64,000 nt of DNA from an uncultured Rhodospirillales bacterium (GCA_902825855.1 CADECW010000008.1:37522-101521); one strand, 5' to 3'. Shown: positions 1-9,242, counted from the first letter of the stretch. Notes: generated by a model from the sequence alone, not told the origin. Program-made: numbers and translations.

Positions 1-295
1 CGAGCTGTTCGACAATCCGGGCCATCCCTACACCAAGGGCCTGCTGGGCTCGATTCCCCATCTCGACACAGCGGCGCGCAACGAGGCCAAGCGCCCGCGC
101 CTCAACGAGATCAAGGGCATGGTGCCGTCGCTGTTCAACCTCCCGCAGGGCTGCAGCTTCGCGCCGCGCTGCGGGCTGGCGAGCGACCACTGCCGCAACC
201 ACAAGCCGTCGCTCGAAGAGCAGAGGCCCGGCCATTGGATCGCCTGCTGGCATGCCGATCGCGTTCTCGGCGGCGTCGCGGCAGGTGCCGCATGA
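1..295 (+). CDS. Oligopeptide/dipeptide ABC transporter ATP-binding protein, C-terminal part (truncated by window start)
   Basis: Frame 2 reads ELFDNPGHPYTKGLLGSIP...GMVPSLFNLPQGCSFAPRC...CWH (oligo_HPY C-terminal domain); TGA 293-295 overlaps the next ATG (ATGA). Confidence 0.9.
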   Translation, partial: ELFDNPGHPYTKGLLGSIPHLDTAARNEAKRPRLNEIKGMVPSLFNLPQGCSFAPRCGLASDHCRNHKPSLEEQRPGHWIACWHADRVLGGVAAGAA

Positions 296-1290
296 CCGCG
301 CTGCTCGAAGTCGAAGGCCTGAAGAAGCACTTCCCGATCCACAAGGGCGTGTTCTCCAAGGTGTCGGGGCAGGTCTATGCCGTCGACGGCGTTTCCTTCT
401 CGATCGGCCGCGGCGAGACGCTGGGCCTGGTGGGCGAGAGCGGCTGCGGCAAGTCGACTGTTGGCCGTACGCTCCTGAAGCTGCTCGAGCCGACCGACGG
501 CACCATCAGGGTGGCGGGCGAGGACATCACGCGGCTCGATGCCGAGGGCATGCTGCCGTACCGCCGGCGCATGCAGATGATCTACCAGGATCCCTACGCC
601 TCGCTGAATCCGCGCATGACGGCGGGCGAGATCGTCGGCGAGCCGCTCATCGTGCACAGTATCGGCACGCCGGCCGAGCGGCGCGAGCGTGTCGCCGCCC
701 TGTTCGAGCGCGCCGGTCTCAGGCCCGAGGCGGTGAACTCCTACCCGCACGAATTCTCAGGCGGCCAGCGGCAGAGGATCGGCATCGCCCGTGCGCTGGC
801 GCTCAATCCCGAGCTGATCGTCGGCGACGAGCCGGTGTCGGCGCTCGACGTCTCGATCCAGGCGCAGATCATCAACCTGCTGATGGAGCTGCAGGACGAG
901 TACAAGCTCTCCTATCTGTTCGTCGCCCACGACCTCGCCGTGGTCGAGCACATCAGCCACCGCGTCGCGGTGATGTATCTCGGCCGCATCGTCGAGATGA
1001 CCGACAAGCGCTCGCTGTTCGAGATGCCGCTGCATCCCTACACCGAGGCGTTGCTGTCGGCCGTGCCCATCCCCAAGGCGAGTGCGCGCGGCCGCAAGCG
1101 CGTGATCCTGACCGGCGACGTGCCCAGCCCGATCAACCCGCCGCCCGGCTGCCACTTCCACGCCCGCTGCCCCTACGCCATGGCGCGCTGCAAGACCGAC
1201 GTGCCGACCCTGCGCGAGGTCATTCCAGGCCACTTCGCGTCGTGCCATTTGCACGACGACGGGGTGAAGGTTCCGCTTGCCGCGGCCTGA
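292..1290 (+). CDS. Oligopeptide/dipeptide ABC transporter ATP-binding protein (OppF/DppF-like)
   Basis: Walker A GESGCGKS, signature FSGGQRQR, DEPVSALD, HPYT; start MTALLEV coupled to the upstream stop. Confidence 0.93.
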   Translation: MTALLEVEGLKKHFPIHKGVFSKVSGQVYAVDGVSFSIGRGETLGLVGESGCGKSTVGRTLLKLLEPTDGTIRVAGEDITRLDAEGMLPYRRRMQMIYQDPYASLNPRMTAGEIVGEPLIVHSIGTPAERRERVAALFERAGLRPEAVNSYPHEFSGGQRQRIGIARALALNPELIVGDEPVSALDVSIQAQIINLLMELQDEYKLSYLFVAHDLAVVEHISHRVAVMYLGRIVEMTDKRSLFEMPLHPYTEALLSAVPIPKASARGRKRVILTGDVPSPINPPPGCHFHARCPYAMARCKTDVPTLREVIPGHFASCHLHDDGVKVPLAAA

Positions 1291-1325
1291 CCCGGCAATA
1301 TGCGGGAGGTGAACGGGAGGATCGG

Positions 1326-2225
1326 CTAAACCGAGCCTCTCAACCGCGGGTCCAGCAGGTCGCGGATGCCGTCGCCCAGCAGGTTGAAGGCCAGCACGGT
1401 GATGGTGATGGCCACTCCGGGGAACACCACGAGCCACCACGGCGGCACCAGGCCGGAGTTCAGCGAATCGGCCAGCATGTTGCCCCAGGTCGGCGTCGGC
1501 GGCGGGATGCCGACGCCGAGGAAGCCGAGCGAGGCCTCGATGATGATGGCGACGCCGAGATGGGTCGTCGCCAGGATCAGGTAAGGCGCCACGCACTGCG
1601 GCAGGATGTGGCGGAACATCATGCGCGTGTGAGAGGCGCCGATGCCGCGCGCCGCCTCGACATACTGCATCTCCTTGAGCGACAGCACGACCGAGCGGAT
1701 GACTCGGCCGCCGAAGGGTATTCGGGTGATGGCGATGGCCACGATCACCGTCGCCATGCCGCCGCCCAGCGCCATGGCGATGGCCATCGCCAGGATGAGG
1801 TCGGGAAAGGATTGCAGGAACTCGATGACACGCTGACTCGCCATGTCGAAGCGGCCACCGAAGTAGCCGCAGGCCAGTCCCCACAGGGCGCCGACGGTCG
1901 TGCCGAACAGCACCGCGCCCAGCGCCACGGTGAGCGAGCTCTGCGCGCCGTACATGACGCGGCTCAGCGTATCCCGGCCGATCTGGTCGGTGCCGAACCA
2001 GTGCGCCTCGCTCGGCGGCTTCTGCATGGCGCGGAAGTCCGACTTCAGCGGCGGATACGGCGCGATCGCCGGCGCCGCCACCGCCATGGCGACGATCAGC
2101 GCGGCCACGATGCCCCAGAAGGCCGAGAGAGGTGCGCGACGAAACAAGGTCCGGATGGCGCGGCCGACGATCCGCAGGCGCGAGGGCGGCGCGGGGACGG
2201 TAGTGCCGGTGACGGTGGCGGTCAT
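1326..2225 (-). CDS. Peptide ABC transporter permease (DppC/OppC-like)
   Basis: HWFGTDQIGRD, EAA loop YVEAARGIGA, LGFLGVGIPPPTPTWG, LGDGIRDLLDPR. Confidence 0.92.
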   Translation of the reverse strand: MTATVTGTTVPAPPSRLRIVGRAIRTLFRRAPLSAFWGIVAALIVAMAVAAPAIAPYPPLKSDFRAMQKPPSEAHWFGTDQIGRDTLSRVMYGAQSSLTVALGAVLFGTTVGALWGLACGYFGGRFDMASQRVIEFLQSFPDLILAMAIAMALGGGMATVIVAIAITRIPFGGRVIRSVVLSLKEMQYVEAARGIGASHTRMMFRHILPQCVAPYLILATTHLGVAIIIEASLGFLGVGIPPPTPTWGNMLADSLNSGLVPPWWLVVFPGVAITITVLAFNLLGDGIRDLLDPRLRGSV

Positions 2226-3178
2226 CGCAGCCGGATCCGCGGATCGAGGAAGGCGATGGTGACATCGACCACGATATTCAGCATCACGAACACCACAGAA
2301 TAAATGAACACCAGGTTCTGCATCACGAAGACGTCGCGTTCGCTCACCGCCTGGAACATCGAATAGCCCAGGCCGGGCGTGCCGAAGGCGCGTTCGACCG
2401 GGATCGAGCCCGCCAGCACCAGGCCGAGCAGGACGCCCGACAGGGTGATCACCGGCAGCAGCGCGTTGGGCAGCGCGTGCAGCGCGATCACCAGACGGCC
2501 GTTCAATCCCTTGGCTCGCGCGGTGCGGACGTAGTCTTCGCGGATCACTTCAAGCAGGCTCGAACGGCCCATGCGGGCGATGTAGGCAGCTTGGCCCAGG
2601 CCCAGCACGATCGCCGGGCCGATCACCAGCTGCAGGTTGCCCAGCGGATCGGTGAAAAAGCCGACACCGGCCATCGGCGCGCGATAGCCGAACCAGAACA
2701 ACAGCGCGAGCACGATCAACATGCCGACCCAGAAGCCGGGAACGGCGATGAACAGGATGCTGATGAAACGCACCACGCTGTCGGCGACTGTGTTGGGCTT
2801 GAGCGCACTGATGATGGCGACGGGAATGCCGACCAGCCAGGATAGCACGACGGAAATCAGGGCGATCTCGGCCGTCAGCGGCCCGCGCCGCAGGATCATG
2901 TCGGCGACGCTTTCGGAGCGGAAGAACGATTGGCCGAAGTTGCCCTGGAAAATGTCCTTCACCCAGCGCAAGTATTGCACCCACAACGGATCGCTCAGCC
3001 CCAGCTCCCGCATGTAGCTGGCGCGCTGCTCCTCGGTGAGCTTGGTCATGCCTTCCGGGCCGAAGATCGCGACCAATGGATCCCCGGGCAGGATACGCAT
3101 CACCACGAAAACCATGATCGATACGCCGATCACGGTAAGCGCGCCGAACGCAAGCCTGCGCGCGATGTAGCTGTACAA
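2222..3178 (-). CDS. Peptide ABC transporter permease (DppB/OppB-like)
   Basis: YIARRL...PGDP, DYVRTARAKGL, C-terminal LDPRIR; TTG start; 4-nt overlap with the downstream permease. Confidence 0.92.
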   Translation of the reverse strand: MYSYIARRLAFGALTVIGVSIMVFVVMRILPGDPLVAIFGPEGMTKLTEEQRASYMRELGLSDPLWVQYLRWVKDIFQGNFGQSFFRSESVADMILRRGPLTAEIALISVVLSWLVGIPVAIISALKPNTVADSVVRFISILFIAVPGFWVGMLIVLALLFWFGYRAPMAGVGFFTDPLGNLQLVIGPAIVLGLGQAAYIARMGRSSLLEVIREDYVRTARAKGLNGRLVIALHALPNALLPVITLSGVLLGLVLAGSIPVERAFGTPGLGYSMFQAVSERDVFVMQNLVFIYSVVFVMLNIVVDVTIAFLDPRIRLR

Positions 3179-3257
3179 GGCGCCTCCCTATGTCATCGGC
3201 CCTTCAGGGCCTCTTGTTGGAGGCATCATAGGGCCGGTTCGGGCCCCGAGGCGACTC

Positions 3258-3734
3258 TTATGACGAAGTGGTAACGCCACTTTCGCGGCAGAGAGACGCC
3301 ACTTCGGCACGCTCACGCTCGGAGGTGGCGATGCCGACCACGACGAAGTCGGGACTGGTGGCCTCGCCCATCAGCACGCCGACGTAGGGTTTCATTCCGA
3401 CATAGTCGCCGTTGCCGTTTCGGCCGTCGACCTCGCCGCACACGGTGACCGTGCCGCGGCTGTTGCGCGCGCCGCTCATCAAGCCGAACCGGACCGTGGC
3501 CGGCACCTTCATCCATCTGCTCACGCCGGCCACGACGGCTTCCTGCTGGCGGGCGTCGAGTGTCACCTTGGTCCCGGCCTCGATCGGCATGCCGGCCGGC
3601 GCCGGCGGCAGTTCGCTGTAGGGCGGCAGGAGCGAGACAGGATTGTGAGCAGCGTGCTGGCCGGCATCGGATACGCAGGCTCCGACCCAGGCGAGCGCTA
3701 TCGCGCAGATGATGGACCGAATCGGGCTGCGCAT
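3258..3734 (-). CDS. Hypothetical lipoprotein
   Basis: Signal peptide ending in lipobox-like VGAC; VCGEVDGRNGNGDYVG motif; RBS ggggag upstream. Confidence 0.7.
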   Translation of the reverse strand: MRSPIRSIICAIALAWVGACVSDAGQHAAHNPVSLLPPYSELPPAPAGMPIEAGTKVTLDARQQEAVVAGVSRWMKVPATVRFGLMSGARNSRGTVTVCGEVDGRNGNGDYVGMKPYVGVLMGEATSPDFVVVGIATSERERAEVASLCRESGVTTSS

Positions 3735-3856
3735 GAACTCCCCTTTCAGACGCAGGGCCCGATCAGCCTAATCCGCTTGGCGCAGGGCGTCGACTGTTGC
3801 CCGGCACTTTTCCGGGGCGCCGTGCGGTTTCAATCGCACTGAATCGGCAGGCTGCG

Positions 3857-4036
3857 TCACGGCATCGTTCCCGGTGGACGCTTCTCGCCGGGCTGCACGC
3901 GGCGGTCCTCGTCCTCGGGTTCGACCGTGCGCTCCGTTTCGCGGCCCCGGCGCGGCACGCGTTCGTCGGTACCGGTATCGCGCTCGACATCGACATTTTC
4001 CCGCTCTCTCGGTCGGCGGGTCGGATCGTTCGACAT
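3857..4036 (-). CDS. Small highly charged hypothetical protein (59 aa, not in ORF track)
   Basis: MSNDPTRRPRERENVDVERDTGTDERVPRRGRETERTVEPEDEDRRVQPGEKRPPGTMP; strong RBS GAGGAGGA just upstream of the ATG; EcfG-like promoter further upstream. Confidence 0.65.
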   Translation of the reverse strand: MSNDPTRRPRERENVDVERDTGTDERVPRRGRETERTVEPEDEDRRVQPGEKRPPGTMP

Positions 4037-4056
4037 GGCTGTCCTCCTCGCGAAAC

Positions 4057-4082
4057 AACGATCCGCGCGGTATCGCTGTTGC
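4057..4082 (-). promoter_or_regulatory. EcfG-type (general stress sigma) promoter GCAAC-N17-CGTT for the 59-aa ORF
   Basis: Plus strand AACG 4057-4060, 17 nt, GTTGC 4078-4082; one mismatch to the GGAAC-N16/17-CGTT consensus. Confidence 0.6.
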
Positions 4083-4139
4083 GACGGCAGGCCGGCGGTC
4101 TGTTATCTTCCGTCAGAACCGCTTCGGAGGAGTGATGTC

Positions 4140-5027
4140 ATGAACGCGCCGACTGCAAAACCCGTCCTGACTGCGCCAGAGCGCCTTCGCGCCCTTCTGA
4201 CCGAGCCCGGTCTGGTCGTCATGCCGGCGGTCTATGACGGCCTTTCCGCCAAGCTCACCGCCGGCGCCGGTTTCAAGACTGCCTTCCTCTCCGGTTCCTG
4301 CGTGGCCGCCGCGCGTCTGGGCGGTCCCGATCTCGACCTGCTGTCGTTCGGCGAGATGTTCGATTCCTTCCAGATGGTGCACAACGCGGCACCCGACCTT
4401 CTCGTTCTGGCCGACGGCGATCACGGCTACGGCAATGCGATGAATGTGCAGCGCACGGTGAGCGCCTACGGCCGTGCCGGCGCCGCCGCGGTGCTGATCG
4501 AGGACAAGATAACGCCGCGTGCCCTGACCGCGGCCGGGAAACCGTGCCTGCCACGGGCCGAGGCGCGCATGAAGATCCGCGCCGCCGTGGAGGCGGCTAG
4601 GGACTCGGGCATCCTGGTCCTGGCGCGAACCGATTGCCGGCCAACGCAAGGCATCGACGAGGCCGTCGCGCGCATCGAGATGTATGTCGAGGAAGGCGCC
4701 GACATCCTGTTCCTGGATTCGCCGGCCGATGATGCCGAAATCGGCCGCGCTATCGCTGCCGCGAAGGGCCGGCCATCGTTCGTGGTGCTGTCGCCTGGCG
4801 CGCCGCGCGCCACGCCTTCGCAAAGGCAGGCCGAAGCGCTCGGCTTCAAGATCGGCACCTTCCCGACGGGCCTGCTTTCGCCGGCGACCGCGGGCATGAA
4901 GGCGGGACTGGCTGCGCTCAAGGCGGGCGACTCGGAAGCCCAGGGCGCGCTGCCGCCGCCCGAGTTGCGCACGATCCTCGGCTACGGCGACTACGACACG
5001 AAAGCCAAGCCGTTCATCGCGAGCTGA
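4140..5027 (+). CDS. Isocitrate lyase/PEP mutase superfamily protein
   Basis: YDGLSA, LADGDHGYG, IEDK, LARTD, GADILF motifs; RBS ggagg upstream. Confidence 0.88.
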   Translation: MNAPTAKPVLTAPERLRALLTEPGLVVMPAVYDGLSAKLTAGAGFKTAFLSGSCVAAARLGGPDLDLLSFGEMFDSFQMVHNAAPDLLVLADGDHGYGNAMNVQRTVSAYGRAGAAAVLIEDKITPRALTAAGKPCLPRAEARMKIRAAVEAARDSGILVLARTDCRPTQGIDEAVARIEMYVEEGADILFLDSPADDAEIGRAIAAAKGRPSFVVLSPGAPRATPSQRQAEALGFKIGTFPTGLLSPATAGMKAGLAALKAGDSEAQGALPPPELRTILGYGDYDTKAKPFIAS

Positions 5028-5028
5028 G

Positions 5029-5058
5029 AAAAAAACGGGCACCCGATGGGGTGCCCGT
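5029..5058 (-). terminator. Rho-independent terminator between convergent genes
   Basis: Stem ACGGGCACCC/GGGTGCCCGT with 4-nt loop; A-run on the left gives a U-tract for the minus-strand PRC-barrel transcript. Confidence 0.8.
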
Positions 5059-5068
5059 CTGGAGATCG

Positions 5069-5938
5069 TCAGCCGCCCGACCTGTTGGCCGGCTGCTGGC
5101 GTTCATATTTGTAGTCCGGCATCGCCTTCAGCGAGTCCTTGGTCCAGTTCGTGGTGATGACGAGCGATTTGTCGTCGCGTGAGACCTTCAGGTCGCTCCA
5201 CTTGACGGCGACGTTCTTCGAGCCGACCCCGAGAAAGCCGCCAACCGACACCACGACGGTTTTGACGGCGCCGTTTTTGTCGACATAGACGTCCTCGATC
5301 TTTCCCACGGACTCGCGCTTGTCGTTGCGCACCGTGGCTCCGATCAAAGCGTTGCCCGACATGTCGCCCGCCGCGTTGAAATCGCCGGTCGAGGTCGTGG
5401 CGGCCACGTTCGGCCGATCGTTGGCAGGAGCCGTACGGTCGCCCGGCCGGGTGGTCTGCGCGAGCTGATCGTTGGCCGGACGCGCGTCGCCGGGACGGGC
5501 AGCCCATGGCCCGGTGTCGGTGAAGACCTGGCCGCGCCATGTTTCGTTCTTGTAGCGGTACTCAGGCTTGGCCTTGAGCTGGTCCTTGGTCATGTTGACC
5601 GTGACCTTCTCACCGTTGTCGGTGACATTCAGATCGGACCAGGCGATGCGGACCTCGCGGTCACCGACACCGAGGAAGCCGCCGACGCTCACCATCACGC
5701 TGTCGACCTTGCCGTCCTTGGTGAGATAGATCGACTTGATCTCGCCGATCGTTTCACCGTCGGCATTCTTGATGTTGCGGCCGATCAACTTGCGAGTGTC
5801 GGCAGTGGCAGCCGGGCCCATGGCTGTACCGGCTGGTGCCGTTTGAGTGGATGGCGGGCTGGTCGCCTGCTGCGGCTGCGCATAGGCAGCGGCTGCGCCG
5901 CACGTCAGGAACGCTGCCAGCACGATGTGCTTTAGCAT
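5069..5938 (-). CDS. Secreted protein with two PRC-barrel domains
   Basis: Signal peptide (AAYA-Q); two repeats of LIG..V.N...E.IG.I.....G.V..V.VSVGGFLGVG...V...WSDL. Confidence 0.88.
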   Translation of the reverse strand: MLKHIVLAAFLTCGAAAAYAQPQQATSPPSTQTAPAGTAMGPAATADTRKLIGRNIKNADGETIGEIKSIYLTKDGKVDSVMVSVGGFLGVGDREVRIAWSDLNVTDNGEKVTVNMTKDQLKAKPEYRYKNETWRGQVFTDTGPWAARPGDARPANDQLAQTTRPGDRTAPANDRPNVAATTSTGDFNAAGDMSGNALIGATVRNDKRESVGKIEDVYVDKNGAVKTVVVSVGGFLGVGSKNVAVKWSDLKVSRDDKSLVITTNWTKDSLKAMPDYKYERQQPANRSGG

Positions 5939-5972
5939 GACTAATACTCCCGATTGATGACTCGATATCGGA

Positions 5973-6299
5973 TTAACGAGAGCCTGGTGCGCGAGTTGCC
6001 CGCGGCGGACCGGGCACCGGTCTCACCTCCGGCAGCGGCAACGTCGCATCGCGTGGCAGCTCGCTCAGCTCCTCGTCCTGGCGCATGCCGGGCATCGGCA
6101 TGACGGCCTGGTTCTTGGAGTTTGGACCGACCGTGGCACCGGTGCCGCCGACCATTGCCGGACCCGACTCCGGCATTTTCGAAGCATCGATCGCCTGCGC
6201 CGGCCCCTGGTTCGGACCCTGGGCCTTCAGGACAGGCACGCAAAGGGCGAGCGGCATGGCAGTGACGAAAGCGAGTAGGAACACGACAGTGCGTTGCAT
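5973..6299 (-). CDS. Small secreted Pro-rich hypothetical protein
   Basis: MQRTVVFLLAFVTAMPLALC signal-like N-terminus; RBS ggagg upstream; low-complexity tail. Confidence 0.6.
   Translation of the reverse strand: MQRTVVFLLAFVTAMPLALCVPVLKAQGPNQGPAQAIDASKMPESGPAMVGGTGATVGPNSKNQAVMPMPGMRQDEELSELPRDATLPLPEVRPVPGPPRATRAPGSR
5975..5999 (-). promoter_or_regulatory. EcfG-type promoter GCAAC-N16-CGTT for the PRC-barrel gene
   Basis: Plus strand AACG 5975-5978, 16 nt, GTTGC 5995-5999; about 37 nt from the ATG. Confidence 0.6.
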
Positions 6300-6327
6300 A
6301 TGGCAGACCTCCGCCGTTTGCCCATTC

Positions 6328-6352
6328 AACAGCCAGGGATGGGCAACGTTGC
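6328..6352 (-). promoter_or_regulatory. EcfG-like promoter GCAAC-N16-TGTT
   Basis: Plus strand AACA 6328-6331, 16 nt, GTTGC 6348-6352, about 29 nt upstream of the ATG at 6299. Confidence 0.45.
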
Positions 6353-6477
6353 ATGCAACCTGCGCGAGACTTGGCAGGCGTCCGAGGTTCCCTGGTCGCA
6401 GGCTGGTCACACGCCCTGAACGCCAAAGACGTTACACAAGGCGCGCCCCGACAACGCGCCAGCATCGGATCGTCGGA

Positions 6478-7176
6478 ATGCCACCCCCGTCTCCGCCACA
6501 GCCGCCGTTGCAACGTCCGGCGGAGTACAACGAGTTCGCCGATGCCGTTGCGCGCATGTTCGAGCATCGCCAGCGGCTGGCTCCTGATCATTCTCGGCCG
6601 CCTCGTGACGACACTCGCGTGCGCGACGATGTCGATCAATGGATTGCCCCGCGCGCGTCCTCGCTGAGCTCTCTGGTGGGCGCGCCTGCGTTGCGGCGTG
6701 TGCTTATGATCGTACCCTTGGCCGTCGTCGCCTATGCCATCGCCTGGTTCCTATATCTGGAGCCCTCACAGAACGTCACGGCGAGACCAGTCGACGAAGC
6801 CAGGCCGGAGACGGCCCGGGTGGCCGCCCCCTTGGAACAGTCGGCACCGGCGGGACCAGATGTGACCGAAGCCAAGCCCGCGTCGGCCGAGGTCGTGACG
6901 ACGCCCGCTGCCGTCGCTGCCCCCGCAGCGCCTGCCGTGCCGCCGGGGGCTGCCGTTGCTGCCGATCCGTTGCGCCCCCTGACGAAGGATGAAATCAAGG
7001 AACTGCAGGGCAAGTTGGGGGCAGCCGGTTTCACCGCTGGTCCGATCGATGGCGTTGTCGGCCCGCAGACCCAGGCTGCGCTGCGCCGCTACGCCGAGGC
7101 GCGCAGCCTCGCCAAGACGGAGGCAAATCAGGAGACGCTTTTGCGGTTGCGTTCCGAAACCCAGGCCAGCCAGTGA
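6478..7176 (+). CDS. Membrane-anchored protein with C-terminal peptidoglycan-binding domain
   Basis: TM segment VLMIVPLAVVAYAIAWFLY, Ala/Pro linker, then IKELQGKL...GPIDGVVGPQTQAALRRY (PG_binding_1). Start uncertain. Confidence 0.78.
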   Translation: MPPPSPPQPPLQRPAEYNEFADAVARMFEHRQRLAPDHSRPPRDDTRVRDDVDQWIAPRASSLSSLVGAPALRRVLMIVPLAVVAYAIAWFLYLEPSQNVTARPVDEARPETARVAAPLEQSAPAGPDVTEAKPASAEVVTTPAAVAAPAAPAVPPGAAVAADPLRPLTKDEIKELQGKLGAAGFTAGPIDGVVGPQTQAALRRYAEARSLAKTEANQETLLRLRSETQASQ

Positions 7177-7254
7177 CCTCAAGTCACGGCAAGGTCACAC
7201 CGCGATAGATGGTGGCTTCCCACGCTCGCTCGCACCCGCCAGGGGGGCGGGGAG

Positions 7255-7668
7255 ATGCGTTCGGTCGTATTCGCGTTCCATGAATTGGTCGCGGGCGCCG
7301 ATATCGCACAGGCGCAGGCTTGGTTGAGCGTGGCGGACGCCAACGGTCGCTTTCGGCTCGAAATGCCCGTGCCGTTCGATGCGCCGCCCTCGCAAGTCGC
7401 GCCCGACGGCACCGTCACCTGCGCCTATGTACACGAGACGCCGGAGCTGGTGCTGCGCTTCGAGGTGATCGACCATGTCGCGCCGATGCAGGACATGCCG
7501 ATGCCTGTCAGCCGGCTTTGGGACGGCGAGCGCATGGTGCAGATGCGGTACCACGTCGTCGGCCGACGGACCTATCGCGTGGTCGCGATCTTTCCGCCGG
7601 AGCTCGAAGGCGACGCCGCCATCCTGCGTTTCATGCGGTCGGTTCGCTACATCGACGCGGCGGACTAG
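7255..7668 (+). CDS. Hypothetical protein
   Basis: 137-aa ORF with RBS ggga and coding-like codon use; no family securely recognised. Confidence 0.6.
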   Translation: MRSVVFAFHELVAGADIAQAQAWLSVADANGRFRLEMPVPFDAPPSQVAPDGTVTCAYVHETPELVLRFEVIDHVAPMQDMPMPVSRLWDGERMVQMRYHVVGRRTYRVVAIFPPELEGDAAILRFMRSVRYIDAAD

Positions 7669-8873
7669 GCGCCGGACGAGCGGCGGCGCAACCATATCGT
7701 CAGTGCCGCGGTGAACAGCAATCCCAGCGTTGCCATCACCAGCACGGCCGAGCGCGGGCCGAACTCGGTGGCGATCGCACCAGCCGCCAGCACGCCGAGC
7801 GGGCCGGTGCCGATGCCGACCGTGACGATCCCCATCAGGCGGGAGCGCATGTCCGGTGGCGCTTCGGTGAGCATCAGGGTGGTCTGCATGTTGCCAAATC
7901 CCGCGGTGCCGAAGCCGCCCAGCACCAACACGGTGAAGGCCAGCCAGTAGGAAGGCGACAGAGCCATCACGATCAGCGCCACCATGAACAGCGCCGCGCC
8001 GCCGGCGAACGTCAGTCGCCGGTCCATGCGCACGACGCCCGCCGCGATCAGCGCGCCGCCTGCAAGCGCACCGATGGGCTCAGCCGCGGCCAGCAGCCCG
8101 ACCAGTGCCGGCGAAACCTGGAATGCACTGATGCCGAGCGGCGCCACCAGGCCGGAATAGGCGAAGGCGAAGGCATTGGTGACGATGGTGATGCCCCACA
8201 CCAGCAGGATGGTGGGCTTGGTCCAGGCGAAGGCCAGGCCCTCGGCGATCTCGGCCGGAATTCGCGCAAGGTCGAGGCGGCGCGTGAGCTGGGGATGGAC
8301 GAGGCCGGCCAGCGCGAAGGCGCCGGCGAACTGAACGAGGGCCGTGAAGGTGTAGGCGCCCTTCATGCCGAGCCATCCGAAGACGATGCCCCCGAGCAGC
8401 GGACCGACCATGCGGGTGGCGGCGTTGGTCGCCGAATCGAGGGCGATCGCCGGCACGATGCGATGCGGTCCTGCGACCTCGCCCACCATGCGTCGCCGGG
8501 TCGACATCTCGGTCGCCCACATCGTGCCCGACACCAGGTTGCCGAGCGCCACGTGCCACAGCTCGAGCTGGCCGGTGGTGGCGAGCGTGGCGAGCACCGT
8601 CGAGACCACGGCTGGAACGGTGAGCGCCAGCATGACGATGGTCTTGCGGTTCACCGCTTCGGAGATCGCGCCGGCGAAGGCGCCGAACAGGAGCTGCGGC
8701 AGCTGGCGCGCCGCCACGACGGCAGTTGCCGCCATCGCCGAGCCCGTCAACTCGTAGGCGAACAGGCCGGAGGCCAGCAGTTCCAGCCAACGCATGGCAT
8801 TGGCGAACGCGCCCACCAGCCACAGCCGCAGGAAGTCCGGCGTCTTGAGCAGTTGCCCGATCGGCCCGTTCAT
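7665..8873 (-). CDS. MFS transporter
   Basis: About 12 hydrophobic segments; GAISEAVNRK motif-A-like loop; APPDMRSRLMG. Confidence 0.88.
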   Translation of the reverse strand: MNGPIGQLLKTPDFLRLWLVGAFANAMRWLELLASGLFAYELTGSAMAATAVVAARQLPQLLFGAFAGAISEAVNRKTIVMLALTVPAVVSTVLATLATTGQLELWHVALGNLVSGTMWATEMSTRRRMVGEVAGPHRIVPAIALDSATNAATRMVGPLLGGIVFGWLGMKGAYTFTALVQFAGAFALAGLVHPQLTRRLDLARIPAEIAEGLAFAWTKPTILLVWGITIVTNAFAFAYSGLVAPLGISAFQVSPALVGLLAAAEPIGALAGGALIAAGVVRMDRRLTFAGGAALFMVALIVMALSPSYWLAFTVLVLGGFGTAGFGNMQTTLMLTEAPPDMRSRLMGIVTVGIGTGPLGVLAAGAIATEFGPRSAVLVMATLGLLFTAALTIWLRRRSSGA

Positions 8874-8985
8874 TGCGGCCCGCTTATTCTCTCCTCCCCG
8901 TCACACCGGGGAGGATACAGTAGCGGGAAAGCAGCACAGCCAATCTTTGCAGGTCATTCCGACGTGCAACGACTCGTCCTCACTC

Positions 8986-9104
8986 CCGTCATCCCGACGG
9001 GAGCCGAGCGTTGCAAGGCGAAGTGGACCTGCTCAGCAAATGCGTTCACAAGAAAAGGTCCCTCGACTGCGCCGCCCTTCGGGGGGCTTCGCTCGGGGTG
9101 ACGG
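8986..9104. repeat. CGTC-tagged palindromic (REP/MITE-like) repeat, copy 1
   Basis: Terminal inverted repeat CCGTCATCCCGA...TCGGGGTGACGG; internal AGGCGAAGTGGACCTGCTCA shared with the copy at 13897-13999. Confidence 0.8.
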
Positions 9105-9242
9105 CAAAAATGCGATGGCCGTGCAACTTCGGAGAAGATCGTGCCGGCGGCACTGCGCTGGCAGGCAGGTAGCACTGGACGCTGAGCGGCGGCTCGGTCA
9201 TGTCTCTGGCATCCGCAAAAATCGTGAACGGAACGAGGAAAC

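Noticed and set aside
3763-4058. Track ORFs 3763..3996 and 3768..4058
   Set aside because: No RBS or plausible composition; the third frame (3857..4036) has the RBS and promoter.
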